Below, piece by piece: positions 28,543-37,991 of a stretch of 64,000 nt of DNA; position 1 is the stretch's first letter, and each line of letters opens with the position of its first letter. A program made the position numbers and the translations under genes. Source of the stretch: Verrucomicrobiota bacterium (lineage in GTDB: Bacteria; Verrucomicrobiota; Verrucomicrobiia; Limisphaerales; Palsa-1400); assembly GCA_049510745.1 (NCBI GenBank), contig JBEKYR010000003.1, forward strand, positions 32,001 through 96,000, written 5' to 3'. The notes beneath the pieces are model-generated. The model saw nothing but the letters and a program-made list of their open reading frames with translations. It was not told the DNA's origin and ran no database searches.

Positions 28543-29034
28543 TCAGCCAAGGCTCAGCACGGCCAGCACCACCAGGTTGACGTAAACGGCCGCCAGCACG
28601 TCGTCCACAGTCACGCCCAGCCCGCCGGGCAGGCTCTGGCTTTGGCGCACGGGCCACGGCTTGGCCACGTCGAAAAGGCGGAAGAGGATGAAGACACTGA
28701 TAGTTGACAGCCAGTGCGCGCAGAAATACCCGGGACCGGGCCAGCGGTGCTCCCGGAGGCAAATCACGGCCAGCCAGCCGGTGAAGCAGAGGGGCATGGC
28801 GACGATTTCATCCAGCACCACGCAGCCGGGGTCCTTCCGGTTGAGGGTCCGTTCCGCCGCGCCGCACAGCCAGATGGAAAGGGCGATGGCGGCGGCGTTC
28901 GCGCCCAGGAAGAGCGGCCAGGAGGGCAGTGTCAAGAGCAGGGCCAGCCAGCCCAAACCGACGAGCGACCCGAACGTTCCCGGCGCCACCGGAATGCGGC
29001 CCACGCCGAAGCCCTGGGCAATCCACAGCTTCAT
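28543..29034 (-). CDS. pgpA: phosphatidylglycerophosphatase A
   Basis: GFGVGRIPVAPGTFGS, DPGCVVLDE, FRLFDVAKPWP, GGLGVTVDDVLA. ATGA overlap with pgsA. Confidence 0.93.
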   Translation of the reverse strand: MKLWIAQGFGVGRIPVAPGTFGSLVGLGWLALLLTLPSWPLFLGANAAAIALSIWLCGAAERTLNRKDPGCVVLDEIVAMPLCFTGWLAVICLREHRWPGPGYFCAHWLSTISVFILFRLFDVAKPWPVRQSQSLPGGLGVTVDDVLAAVYVNLVVLAVLSLG

Positions 29035-29618
29035 AAATCCATCATGTAGAGCTTGCGATTGCGCCAGAGATAAATCCCGCCGGAGGTGAAGGTCAGAACC
29101 ACCGCCACCCAGAGGGAAAGAGTCGTAAACCAGTTGACCCAGGGTTCCCCGAAGAGATCGATGCCAAACGGTTCGCCCACCACTCCCACCTGCCGGTAGG
29201 AGTGCAACACCAGCACGGAAAGGATGGCCACGATTTGCGAAATCGTCTTGTGTTTGCCGAATCGTTCCGCCGCCAGGACCAGGTTCTTGGACGCGGCCAG
29301 CAGGCGCAGCCCAGTGATGGCCAATTCCCGCGCCACCACCACGACCACCATCCAGGCCGGCATCCAGCCCCGGCCCACGAACGCGATGAACGCCGAGCAA
29401 ACCAGGATTTTGTCCGCCAGCGGGTCCATCAAAATGCCAAAATTGGTGATCAGATTGTCGCGGCGCGCGATCTTGCCGTCAAAATAGTCGGTCAGGCTCG
29501 CCGCGCTGAAAAGCAGCAGCGAGAGGGTCTCGTAATAGGGCGCTCCGGTGAAAATGACGGCCAGGAACGCTCCGGTCAGGACAAAGCGAGAGAGGGTCAA
29601 TTTGTTCGGAACGTTCAT
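29031..29618 (-). CDS. pgsA: CDP-diacylglycerol--glycerol-3-phosphate 3-phosphatidyltransferase
   Basis: MNVPNKLTLSR, TDYFDGKIARR, FGILMDPLADK, ARELAITGLR. Confidence 0.95.
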   Translation of the reverse strand: MNVPNKLTLSRFVLTGAFLAVIFTGAPYYETLSLLLFSAASLTDYFDGKIARRDNLITNFGILMDPLADKILVCSAFIAFVGRGWMPAWMVVVVVARELAITGLRLLAASKNLVLAAERFGKHKTISQIVAILSVLVLHSYRQVGVVGEPFGIDLFGEPWVNWFTTLSLWVAVVLTFTSGGIYLWRNRKLYMMDL

Positions 29619-29803
29619 TCAGGCTTCAGATACGAAGCCGATATAAAGACAGATTCCGTCCGCGAAGCAAAGCAATTCCGCATGGCAATTCCGAATGGGA
29701 CGCATGCGGGGGCCAAAAATAAAGGGCCAAAAATAAAGCTTGCATTTTGGCGGGGAACGGGGCAGGTTTCGGTCAGCTTTAGATTGCGTTGTCCAATTCC
29801 AAC

Positions 29804-29865
29804 ATGGTGAATCTTCAAGTGAACTTGGTTCAGTGATGATTTGAAACCCGACAGACGGGAACAGT
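29804..29865 (+). ncRNA. candidate structured cis-regulatory leader RNA of RRM gene (copy 1)
   Basis: 51/62 identical to 49915-49854; two conserved hairpins; ends 41 nt before the RRM start. Confidence 0.65.
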
Positions 29866-29906
29866 TCCGGGAAGCCGCCAGCGATTCTAAAACCATTAGA
29901 AGACAA

Positions 29907-30218
29907 ATGAATACGAAATTGTACGTGGGAAATCTTTCCTTCGACACCACCGAGAACGATCTGCAAGATCTGTTCCAGCAGCATGGCCCCGTTTCCGAGG
30001 TGAATCTTATCACCGACCGCATGAGCGGCCGCTCGCGCGGCTTCGCCTTTGTGACCATGGCCACGCCGGAAGGCGCCCAGGCCGCCATTCAAGCCCTGGC
30101 GGGCAAGGATGTGCAGGGCCGCGCCTTGACCGTCAATGAAGCGCGTCCGCGCGAAGAGAACGCCCCTCCCCGAGGCGGTGGTGGCGGCGGCCAGCGCCGT
30201 CAGTACTCACGCCGTTAA
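29907..30218 (+). CDS. RRM-domain RNA-binding protein with Gly/Arg tail
   Basis: RNP2 [12 protein letters not shown]1 [21 protein letters not shown]. Confidence 0.95.
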   Translation: MNTKLYVGNLSFDTTENDLQDLFQQHGPVSEVNLITDRMSGRSRGFAFVTMATPEGAQAAIQALAGKDVQGRALTVNEARPREENAPPRGGGGGGQRRQYSRR

Positions 30219-30230
30219 TCCGGCTTTTCG

Positions 30231-30285
30231 CCGGCCTGACCGTTTGCGCGGCCAGGCCGGTCCTCTCCCTGTTTCGCATTTTTCG
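30231..30285 (+). terminator. probable intrinsic terminator
   Basis: CCGGCCTG...CAGGCCGG stem followed by pyrimidine/T-rich sequence just after the RRM stop. Confidence 0.5.
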
Positions 30286-30377
30286 GGCCGTCGCGCCCGT
30301 TCCGCCCGTTATCCAGACACGCCTCCGGCTTAACTTGGGGATTGTCACCCCGCGCCGGGCCTTGTAAGGCTGCATCC

Positions 30378-32630
30378 ATGAACGTGGATTGGCCTGATGC
30401 CCGCGAGAGCTTTGACCGCTGGTTTTCGGCCGGGCGCCTCCTGCTGCTCCTGGGGCTGATGCTCCTGATCTTCTTCCCGGACATCGTTCTGGGCACCCAT
30501 GCTTTCTTTTACCGGGACGCGGGCCTTTTCAGCTATCCGGTGGCCTATTATTTGCATGACAGTCTGCGGAGCGGGCAATGGCCGCTGTGGAACCCCTTCA
30601 ACAACTGCGGCCTGCCGTTTCTGGCCCAATGGAACACGCTGGCCCTGTATCCGCCGTCCATTCTTTATCTCCTGTTTCCCCTGCCTGGGTCGCTCAATGT
30701 CTTCCTGCTGGCGCATGTGTTTCTGGCCGGCGCCGGGATGTACGCGCTGGGGCGGCGCTGGTTCGGGACGCGCTTCGGCGCCAGCGTGGCGGGGCTGGCG
30801 TTTGCCTGGAACGGGCTGACCTTGCATTGCCTGATGTGGCCGTGCCACATCGCCGCCCTGGCCTGGATGCCGTGGGTCATTCTGTGGTGCGACCGGGCGG
30901 CGAAGGAAGGCGGACGGGCGCTTGTTTGGGCCGCGCTGTGCGGCGCCTGCCAGATGACGACCGGCTCGCCCGAACTGATCCTGTTCACCTGGCTGATCGC
31001 CGCCGCCAATTTTTTATGCGACACCGTTTGGCGGAAGGGGAAATTCCTGGCCGGCGCCGGGCGGCTGGTGTTTCTGGTGTTGATGGTCAGCGCGCTCAGC
31101 GCCGCCCAACTGCTGCCGTGGCTGGAGTTGCTGGCACAGGGCGACCGCTCCAGTTCTTTCGGCGGAGGCGACTGGTCCCTGCCGCCGTGGGGCCTGGCCA
31201 ATTTTCTCGTGCCGCTCTTTCACTCGCAAGGCTCCGTGACGGGGGTCTTCATGCAGGGGGAGCAGCAATGGACCTCGTCGTATTACGTCGGCATCCTGCC
31301 CCTGCTCCTGGCGCTGCTGGCGGCGGCGAGGTGGCGGCGGGAACGGGTCGCGCTGCTGGCCGCGCTGGCGCTGGGCGGGGTTCTGCTGGCGTTCGGCGAC
31401 GCCGGGGTTCTTCTTGACATTCTCAGGCGCGCCTGTCCGCTGCTGGGCTACATCCGCTACCCGGTGAAATTCATCGTCCTGACCGTCTTTTGCCTGTCGT
31501 TGCTGGCCGGGGCGGGCGCGGCCTGGCTGCAAAGCCAGCCGTTCCCGGCCGGGCGCCGCGGCCTGGCGTTGCCGGGCGCGTGGCTGGCCCTGGGGATCCT
31601 GCTGGTCCTGGCGGTCGGCGTCCGCTTCCCGTTTCCGTCCGATTCCACGAGCGCCCTCCGGCTCAACGCGCTGGGGCGGCTGCTTTTTCTGGCGGCGGGA
31701 ATTTTGGTGTTGACGTTAATGGGCGGAACGGCCCGGCCGTCCCTGCGCATCCTGGCGGCGTTCGCATTCCTGGTCTTGACAGGAGTGGACGCCGGCACGC
31801 ACGCGCCGCGGCAGAATCCGACCGTGGTGGCGCGGGCCTACGACGATTACCCGCCGCCCATGAGCCGGCTGCCGCGCCTGGGCGAGTCGCGCGCCATGCT
31901 CAGCCCTGCCGCGGAGGAGACGATGGAGCACCTGGTCAATCCCGACCCGCTTCGTTTCTACCTGGGGCAGCGGGCCGAGCTGTTCAGCGATTGCAACCTG
32001 CTCGAGCGTATTCCCAAAGTGGATGGCTTCTTCAGTTTGCACCTGGTCTGGCAGCAAAAGGTGGCCGGCTTGTTGCGCGCCGGAAAAGCGCCGCCGCAAC
32101 TGGCTGAATTTCTCGGCGTTTCCCAAATCGCCTCGCCGGCGCGCCTTTTCACGTGGGAGGCGCAAACCAACTTCATGCCCCTGGCCACCATGGGCCAGCA
32201 ACCGGTCTTCGTCGAGGACAGCGCGGCTTTGGCGGCGGTGGGATCGGCCGGGTTTTCGCCGCGTCAAACGGTGTATTTGCCCGCCGCCGCGCGCGGCCAG
32301 GTGCGGGCGGGGGCCGGGGCGGGCGCGCGCGTCCTCTCCAGCCGGGTGACTCCGTCGGAGTGCGTATTTAAAACCGTGGCGGACGCGGGGGCCATGCTGG
32401 TGGTGGCGCAATCGTATTATCGTTGTTGGAAAGCGACGGTGGACGGGGAGCCGGCGACGCTCTGGCGGGCCAACTACGCGTTTCAGGCGGTGGAAGTTCC
32501 CGCGGGCCGGCACGAAGTGCGGCTGGTCTATGCGGATCGCGCCTTTTGGTTTGGCGCGGGCATTTCGACAGCCGCCCTGGTCCTTTGCCTCGCCGGAGCG
32601 CTCAGGAGAAGGATGAAGTTTGAAGGATGA
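30378..32630 (+). CDS. YfhO-family polytopic membrane protein (GT-C-like)
   Basis: PLWNPFNNCGLPFLA..LYPP; many TM segments; C-terminal WKATVDG...RANYAFQAVEVPAGRHEVRLVY. Confidence 0.85.
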   Translation: MNVDWPDARESFDRWFSAGRLLLLLGLMLLIFFPDIVLGTHAFFYRDAGLFSYPVAYYLHDSLRSGQWPLWNPFNNCGLPFLAQWNTLALYPPSILYLLFPLPGSLNVFLLAHVFLAGAGMYALGRRWFGTRFGASVAGLAFAWNGLTLHCLMWPCHIAALAWMPWVILWCDRAAKEGGRALVWAALCGACQMTTGSPELILFTWLIAAANFLCDTVWRKGKFLAGAGRLVFLVLMVSALSAAQLLPWLELLAQGDRSSSFGGGDWSLPPWGLANFLVPLFHSQGSVTGVFMQGEQQWTSSYYVGILPLLLALLAAARWRRERVALLAALALGGVLLAFGDAGVLLDILRRACPLLGYIRYPVKFIVLTVFCLSLLAGAGAAWLQSQPFPAGRRGLALPGAWLALGILLVLAVGVRFPFPSDSTSALRLNALGRLLFLAAGILVLTLMGGTARPSLRILAAFAFLVLTGVDAGTHAPRQNPTVVARAYDDYPPPMSRLPRLGESRAMLSPAAEETMEHLVNPDPLRFYLGQRAELFSDCNLLERIPKVDGFFSLHLVWQQKVAGLLRAGKAPPQLAEFLGVSQIASPARLFTWEAQTNFMPLATMGQQPVFVEDSAALAAVGSAGFSPRQTVYLPAAARGQVRAGAGAGARVLSSRVTPSECVFKTVADAGAMLVVAQSYYRCWKATVDGEPATLWRANYAFQAVEVPAGRHEVRLVYADRAFWFGAGISTAALVLCLAGALRRRMKFEG

Positions 32631-33250
32631 AGGATGAAGTCCTGATTGCGGGCGCCGCAGTGACCCTGACCGGCCTTGACTGAGAGAGCGAATAGATGAA
32701 TTAGTGAATGAGTGAATCAGTGAATGGACTGCATGGACTGCACGGACTGGGCCGCCGCCGTTGCCTTGATTTGACCAGCCTTGACGAGCCTTGACTGACC
32801 TTGACTGACCTTGATCCGCCTTCGCTCGCTCGGCGCGAGCTATGGCGGGCGGGCCGGGGTGGCCCCCTCTGACGGTGGTGGCAGTTTTGAGGTTTTTCGT
32901 CACTGATCGCAGTCGCCAAATCCGGGCATTTTGTGGATTTTCATTTTTTGGCCCGATTTAGCCGGATTTACCCGGATTTGTCCGGATTTTTCCGGATTTG
33001 TCCGGGTCTTTGAGTTCGTTTTCCGGGTTGAATCCGGCATTTTTTGCCGCTTTTGGGGGTAGTATCTGGTGCTGGCGGCGCATGGCGTTTGCGTTTGAAG
33101 CGGTCCAGGAGTGAGTTTTTGCGTCAAGTTTGGCACCTGGAAATGACGGCCAATGTTGCATACGAGGGCGAGCGTCCAAGGGTTGACTGGCTTGATTAGT
33201 GAGGCAATGGGACCAAGGCGACGAATGCGACGAATGCGACGAATGGCTGA
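32610..33250. repeat. non-coding cluster of short tandem repeats (7- to 10-mers)
   Basis: GGATGAA, AGTGAATN, ATGGACTGC, CCTTGACTGA, CCGGATTTNN and GCGACGAAT arrays in succession. Confidence 0.8.
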
Positions 33251-33548
33251 TGCGATGGAAAAGGTCTGCGATCCACGGGCCGGTGTTGACCGGGCCGCAC
33301 TGCGCACTTTGCCTGTTGCATGTATCATTCATGCTGGCTCGATTTAAGCACAGGTCTATCAAGAGGAAAAACCTACGGAAGGAAAAAAAAGCGAATCAAC
33401 ATCTGAGGAGCCCTTTATGCTCAAGACCAGGCGGGGCTGAAAAGGCTCCCCGGCGCGCGTTCGTTTCTTGACAATTCAGTCCCATTCTGAGAGAAATTGC
33501 CCGGAACAGCACTAAAGAACAAACCATCACAACCTGAGGAGGCGACGA

Positions 33549-36500
33549 ATGAAACGGGTCCCCAAACAACTGGCGCCCCCGGCGCTTTGCGGGGTGGTGT
33601 TCGCGTGGCTGGCCGCTGCGGCGGCCCACGCGCAAACCGACCCGGCCATCACCCAGCAACCCGCCGACCAGGCGGTTGTGGTCGGAAGCCAGGTGACACT
33701 GACTGTGGGGGTGTCCGGCACGGGCCCCTTTACCTACCAATGGCGACTTAACGGCACGAACCTACCGAAAGTCATCACTACTGTGGCGGGCAATGCGAAT
33801 ACCGGTTACTCCGGGGATGGCGGGGCGGCAACCAACGCCAAGCTGAATTCCCCAGCCGGTGTCGCTATCGACGCCTTCGGCAACTTGTTTATTGCGGATT
33901 CGCGAAACAATCGCATTCGCAAAGTGGGAACCAATGGCATCATCACCACCGTGGCTGGGAAAACGGCGCCGGGTTCCTCGGGTGATGGCGGCGCTGCCAC
34001 CAATGCCACCTTGAGCGATCCTTCCGGCGTGGCGGCGGACGCCTTCGGCAACGTGTTCATTGCGGATGCAAATAACAACCGCCTCCGCGAAGTCGGAACC
34101 AATGGCATCATCGCTACCGTGGCTGGGAAGACGTCGGGTTTCTCCGGCGACGGCGGCGCGGCAACCAATGCCCAGTTGAATGATCCTTCCGGCGTGGCAG
34201 TGGATGCCGCCGGCGACCTGTTCATCGCGGACAGTGTTAATAGCCGCATCCGCGAAGTCGGAACGAACGGCATCATCAATACCGTGGCGGGGAATGGCAC
34301 GAACGGTTTCTCCGGCGATGGCGGGGCGGCAACCAATGCCAAGCTGAATTCCCCTGCCGGTGTCGCTATCGACGCCTTCGGCAACCTGTTCATTGCGGAT
34401 ACGGGAAACAATCGCATCCGCGAAGTTGGAACCAGCGGCATTATCACCACCGTGGCAGGGAAAGCGACGGCGAGTTACTTCGGCGATGGCGGGTTGGCAA
34501 CCAACGCCAGCTTGAACCGTCCCCAAGGCGTCAGCGTGGACGCCTTCGGCAACGTGTTTATTGCGGATACCCAAAACAATCGGATTCGAGAAGTGGCAAC
34601 CAACGGCATCATCACCACCGTAGTCGGGAATGGCAGCAGTGGTTACTCGGGCGACGGAGGCAATCCGACCAACACCAGCATTTACGCTCCTCAGGGTCTC
34701 AGCGTGGACGCCTTCGGCAACCTGTTCATTGCGGATACCTATAACAACCGCATCCGCAAAGCTTTCATCCAAGGGCCAACGCTCCAGCTCAATAACATGA
34801 GTTCGAACACCGCGGGCGGTTACGACGTGATCGTGACCGGCGCCAACGGCAGCGTGACCAGCAGCGTGGCGACGGTGACGGTGCTCTTGCCGCCAAGCAT
34901 CACGGCGCAACCGCAAGCCGTTGCGGCAGTGGGCGGGAGCGACGTTAGTTTGACAGTGGCGGTGGCGGGCACGGCCCCGTTCGGCTACCAATGGCAGTTC
35001 GACGGGACCAATCTTGTGGATAACGGCCAGATAACGGGTTCGCAGACGAACGCGCTCTCGCTCAGTTCGATCGACCTTACCGATCAAGGCTCCTACGAGG
35101 TCATCGTGACCAACGCTTACGGCAGCGTCACCAGCAGCGTCGCGACGCTGACCTTGCTCCTGCCGCCGAGCATCACCACGCAGCCGCAAGGCGGCACCGC
35201 GACGAACGGCAGCAACGTGGCGTTGACGGTGGCTGTTTCCGGCACCGCCCCGTTCACTTACCAATGGCGGCAGAACGGCGCCAATCTTCCGACGGTCATT
35301 ACGACAGTGGCGGGCAACGGCGCCAGCGGTTACGCCGGTGACAACGGGCCGGCGACCAATGCCAGCCTCACTTATGCGACCTCGGTGGCTGTGGATGCCT
35401 CCGGCAATTTGTTTATCGGGGATGCGGGCAACTGCCACATCCGCAAAGTGAGAACCAACGGTATTATCTCCACGGTGGCGGGAAACGGGAGCGATTTTTA
35501 CTCTGGGGACGGCGGCGCTGCTACCGGCGCCGGCCTCGACCCCTATTGCGTGGTGGTGGACGCCTCCGGCAACCTCTTCGTCGCGGACATGTTTAATAAC
35601 CGTGTTCGCAAAATCGGGACCAATGGCACTATCTCCACGGTGGCGGGTGCTGGCACCCAAGGATTCTCCGGCGACGGCGGCGCGGCGACCAGCGCCAAGC
35701 TGCGCTTTCCCTGGTGTGCGGCTCTGGACGCTTCGGGCAATTTGTTCATCGCCGATAGCGGCAACAACCGCATCCGCAAGGTCACCAACGGCATCATCAA
35801 TACCGTGGCGGGCAATGGCACCAATGGCTGCTCCGGCGATGGCGGGTTGGCAACCAATGCCGCACTGGGCAATCCGGAAGGCGTGACAGTGGATGCCCTG
35901 GGCAACCTCTTCATTGCCGATTTTAACAACAATCGCATCCGCAAAGTGGGGACCAACGGCATCATTACCACGGTCGCGGGCGGCGGCATCGACTACCCGG
36001 GCGATGGTGGCGCAGCCACCAATGCCAGCTTGTGCAATCCCTCGGGTGTGGCGGTGGACGCCTTCGGCAACCTCTTCATTGCGGACGGTGGCGACAACCG
36101 CATCCGAGAAGTGACCACCAACGGCGTCATTACCACCGTGGCGGGCGGCGGAATCCACATCCCCGGCGACGGCGGCGCAGCCACCGGCGCCGCATTATAC
36201 GCACCCTCTGGCGTGAGCGTCGATGCCGCCGGCGACTTGTTTATCGCCGATACCGGCAACAACCGCATCCGCGAAGTCCCCATCCCGGGACCGACCCTGG
36301 CGCTCCACGGGGTGACGGCTGGGAACGACGGCAGCTACGACGTGATCGTGAGCAATGCCTACGGCTGCGTGACCAGTGACGTCGCGGTCCTGACCGTGCA
36401 GGGGCCGCCGCCGTCGATTAGTGTTCAACCGCAAGACGGCCTGGCGGTGGTGGGGGGAACCTTCACCTTGACAGTGGCGGTATCCGGCCCCGGCCCGTTC

Positions 36501-37901
36501 ACCTGCCAATGGCAGGGCAACGGCGTCAATCTTCCCAGCCTCATTACGACCGTGGCGGGCGGCGGCACCAACAACTTCGGCGATGGTGGGGCGGCGACCA
36601 ATGCCTCACTACTCCAACCGTTTGGCGCGGCGGTGGATGCCTTTGGAAATCTGTTTATTGCGGATCGAAACCGAAACAACATCCGCAAAGTGGGAACCAA
36701 CGGCATCATCAACACTGTGGCCGGCAGCGCCGTCGGTGTCGTCGGTTACCTCGGAGATGGCTCCCCAGCCATTGCGGCTTTGCTGGCACTGCCTTGTGGG
36801 GTGGCCGTGGATCCCTATGGCAATCTGTTCATTGCGGATACGTTTTTCAGCCATATCCGCAAGGTGTCTAACGTCAGCCCCTACGACATCTCGACCGTGG
36901 CGGGCGTGGCGGGCAAAATCACCAATGGCTATTCCGGCGACGGCGTTGCGGCCACGAACACCCCCCTCAACGGACCTTATGATGTCGTGCTGGACGCCTC
37001 CGGCAGCCTGCTCATTGCCGACACATTCAACCACCGAATTCGCAGAGTGCCAAACAACGGCCTCATCTTCACCGTCGCCGGCATCGGGACCAACAGCTAC
37101 TCCGGCGACGGCGGCCCCGCCACCAATGCCGCGATCAACACGCCGTGCGGAGTGGCAGCGGACGCGTTGGGAAATTTCTTCATTGCGGATACGAGCAACA
37201 ACTGCGTCCGCGTCGTGGACACCAACGGCATCATTACGACCGTGGCCGGGACGGGGACGCCGGGTTTCTCCGGCGATGGCGGCGCCGCCACCAATGCCAG
37301 CCTGGCGCTTCCTCAGGGCGTGGCGGTGGATGCCTTTGGAAATTTGTTCATTGCGGACACCGGCAACAACTGCATCCGCGTCGTGGACGGCAACGGAATC
37401 ATTACGACCGTGGCGGGGAATGGCACGAACGGTTTCTCCGGCGATGGCGGCGCCGCCACGAATGCCAGCCTGGACCTTCCTTCCCGCGTGGCCGTGGACG
37501 CCTATGGCAACCTGTTCATTGCGGACCTTGCCAACCGGCGCATCCGCAAAGTGAGTATCCAAACGCCCATCTTGCAGCTCAGTCAAATTGCCGCCGGCAG
37601 TGCGGGCGTTTATGACCTAGTGGTGTCCAACGCCTACGGGGCCGTCACCAGCGCGGTGGTCACGCTGACGGTGGCGCTTCCGCCGTTCAGCGCCGGCCTC
37701 AGCGCCGGGCAAGGGGTGCAATTCCAATTCAGCGGCACAGCGAATTCCAGCTACGTCTTGCAGGCGGCGACCGACCTCACGCCGCCGGTCAATTGGCAGC
37801 CGCTGGTCACCAACGCCGCCGACACCAACGGCAATTGGACCTTCACCGACACGAACACCGCGGCCAACACGGCGCGCTTTTACCGCCTGGCGTCGCCCTG
37901 A
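33549..37901 (+). CDS. secreted NHL-repeat / immunoglobulin-domain protein
   Basis: Signal peptide; Ig segments (ITQQP...FTYQW...YDVIVT..GSVTS); many NHL/teneurin-like repeats (TVAGNG..GFSGDGGAATNA.L..PxGVAVD..GNLFIAD..NNRIR); C-terminal ...RFYRL domain; GAGGAGG RBS. Confidence 0.92.
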   Translation: MKRVPKQLAPPALCGVVFAWLAAAAAHAQTDPAITQQPADQAVVVGSQVTLTVGVSGTGPFTYQWRLNGTNLPKVITTVAGNANTGYSGDGGAATNAKLNSPAGVAIDAFGNLFIADSRNNRIRKVGTNGIITTVAGKTAPGSSGDGGAATNATLSDPSGVAADAFGNVFIADANNNRLREVGTNGIIATVAGKTSGFSGDGGAATNAQLNDPSGVAVDAAGDLFIADSVNSRIREVGTNGIINTVAGNGTNGFSGDGGAATNAKLNSPAGVAIDAFGNLFIADTGNNRIREVGTSGIITTVAGKATASYFGDGGLATNASLNRPQGVSVDAFGNVFIADTQNNRIREVATNGIITTVVGNGSSGYSGDGGNPTNTSIYAPQGLSVDAFGNLFIADTYNNRIRKAFIQGPTLQLNNMSSNTAGGYDVIVTGANGSVTSSVATVTVLLPPSITAQPQAVAAVGGSDVSLTVAVAGTAPFGYQWQFDGTNLVDNGQITGSQTNALSLSSIDLTDQGSYEVIVTNAYGSVTSSVATLTLLLPPSITTQPQGGTATNGSNVALTVAVSGTAPFTYQWRQNGANLPTVITTVAGNGASGYAGDNGPATNASLTYATSVAVDASGNLFIGDAGNCHIRKVRTNGIISTVAGNGSDFYSGDGGAATGAGLDPYCVVVDASGNLFVADMFNNRVRKIGTNGTISTVAGAGTQGFSGDGGAATSAKLRFPWCAALDASGNLFIADSGNNRIRKVTNGIINTVAGNGTNGCSGDGGLATNAALGNPEGVTVDALGNLFIADFNNNRIRKVGTNGIITTVAGGGIDYPGDGGAATNASLCNPSGVAVDAFGNLFIADGGDNRIREVTTNGVITTVAGGGIHIPGDGGAATGAALYAPSGVSVDAAGDLFIADTGNNRIREVPIPGPTLALHGVTAGNDGSYDVIVSNAYGCVTSDVAVLTVQGPPPSISVQPQDGLAVVGGTFTLTVAVSGPGPFTCQWQGNGVNLPSLITTVAGGGTNNFGDGGAATNASLLQPFGAAVDAFGNLFIADRNRNNIRKVGTNGIINTVAGSAVGVVGYLGDGSPAIAALLALPCGVAVDPYGNLFIADTFFSHIRKVSNVSPYDISTVAGVAGKITNGYSGDGVAATNTPLNGPYDVVLDASGSLLIADTFNHRIRRVPNNGLIFTVAGIGTNSYSGDGGPATNAAINTPCGVAADALGNFFIADTSNNCVRVVDTNGIITTVAGTGTPGFSGDGGAATNASLALPQGVAVDAFGNLFIADTGNNCIRVVDGNGIITTVAGNGTNGFSGDGGAATNASLDLPSRVAVDAYGNLFIADLANRRIRKVSIQTPILQLSQIAAGSAGVYDLVVSNAYGAVTSAVVTLTVALPPFSAGLSAGQGVQFQFSGTANSSYVLQAATDLTPPVNWQPLVTNAADTNGNWTFTDTNTAANTARFYRLASP

Positions 37902-37991
37902 AATCCCTCCCCTGGCCCCAATTTCGGGATCCCGCGCCGCCCGCTCATTTTTTGTGCGATTTGCGGGCCGGCGGGCATTATCTTACGAAAC

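Noticed and set aside
33760..37560. Regular DNA repeats resembling an array
   Set aside because: They are in-frame NHL protein repeats with synonymous variation, not CRISPR repeat-spacer units.
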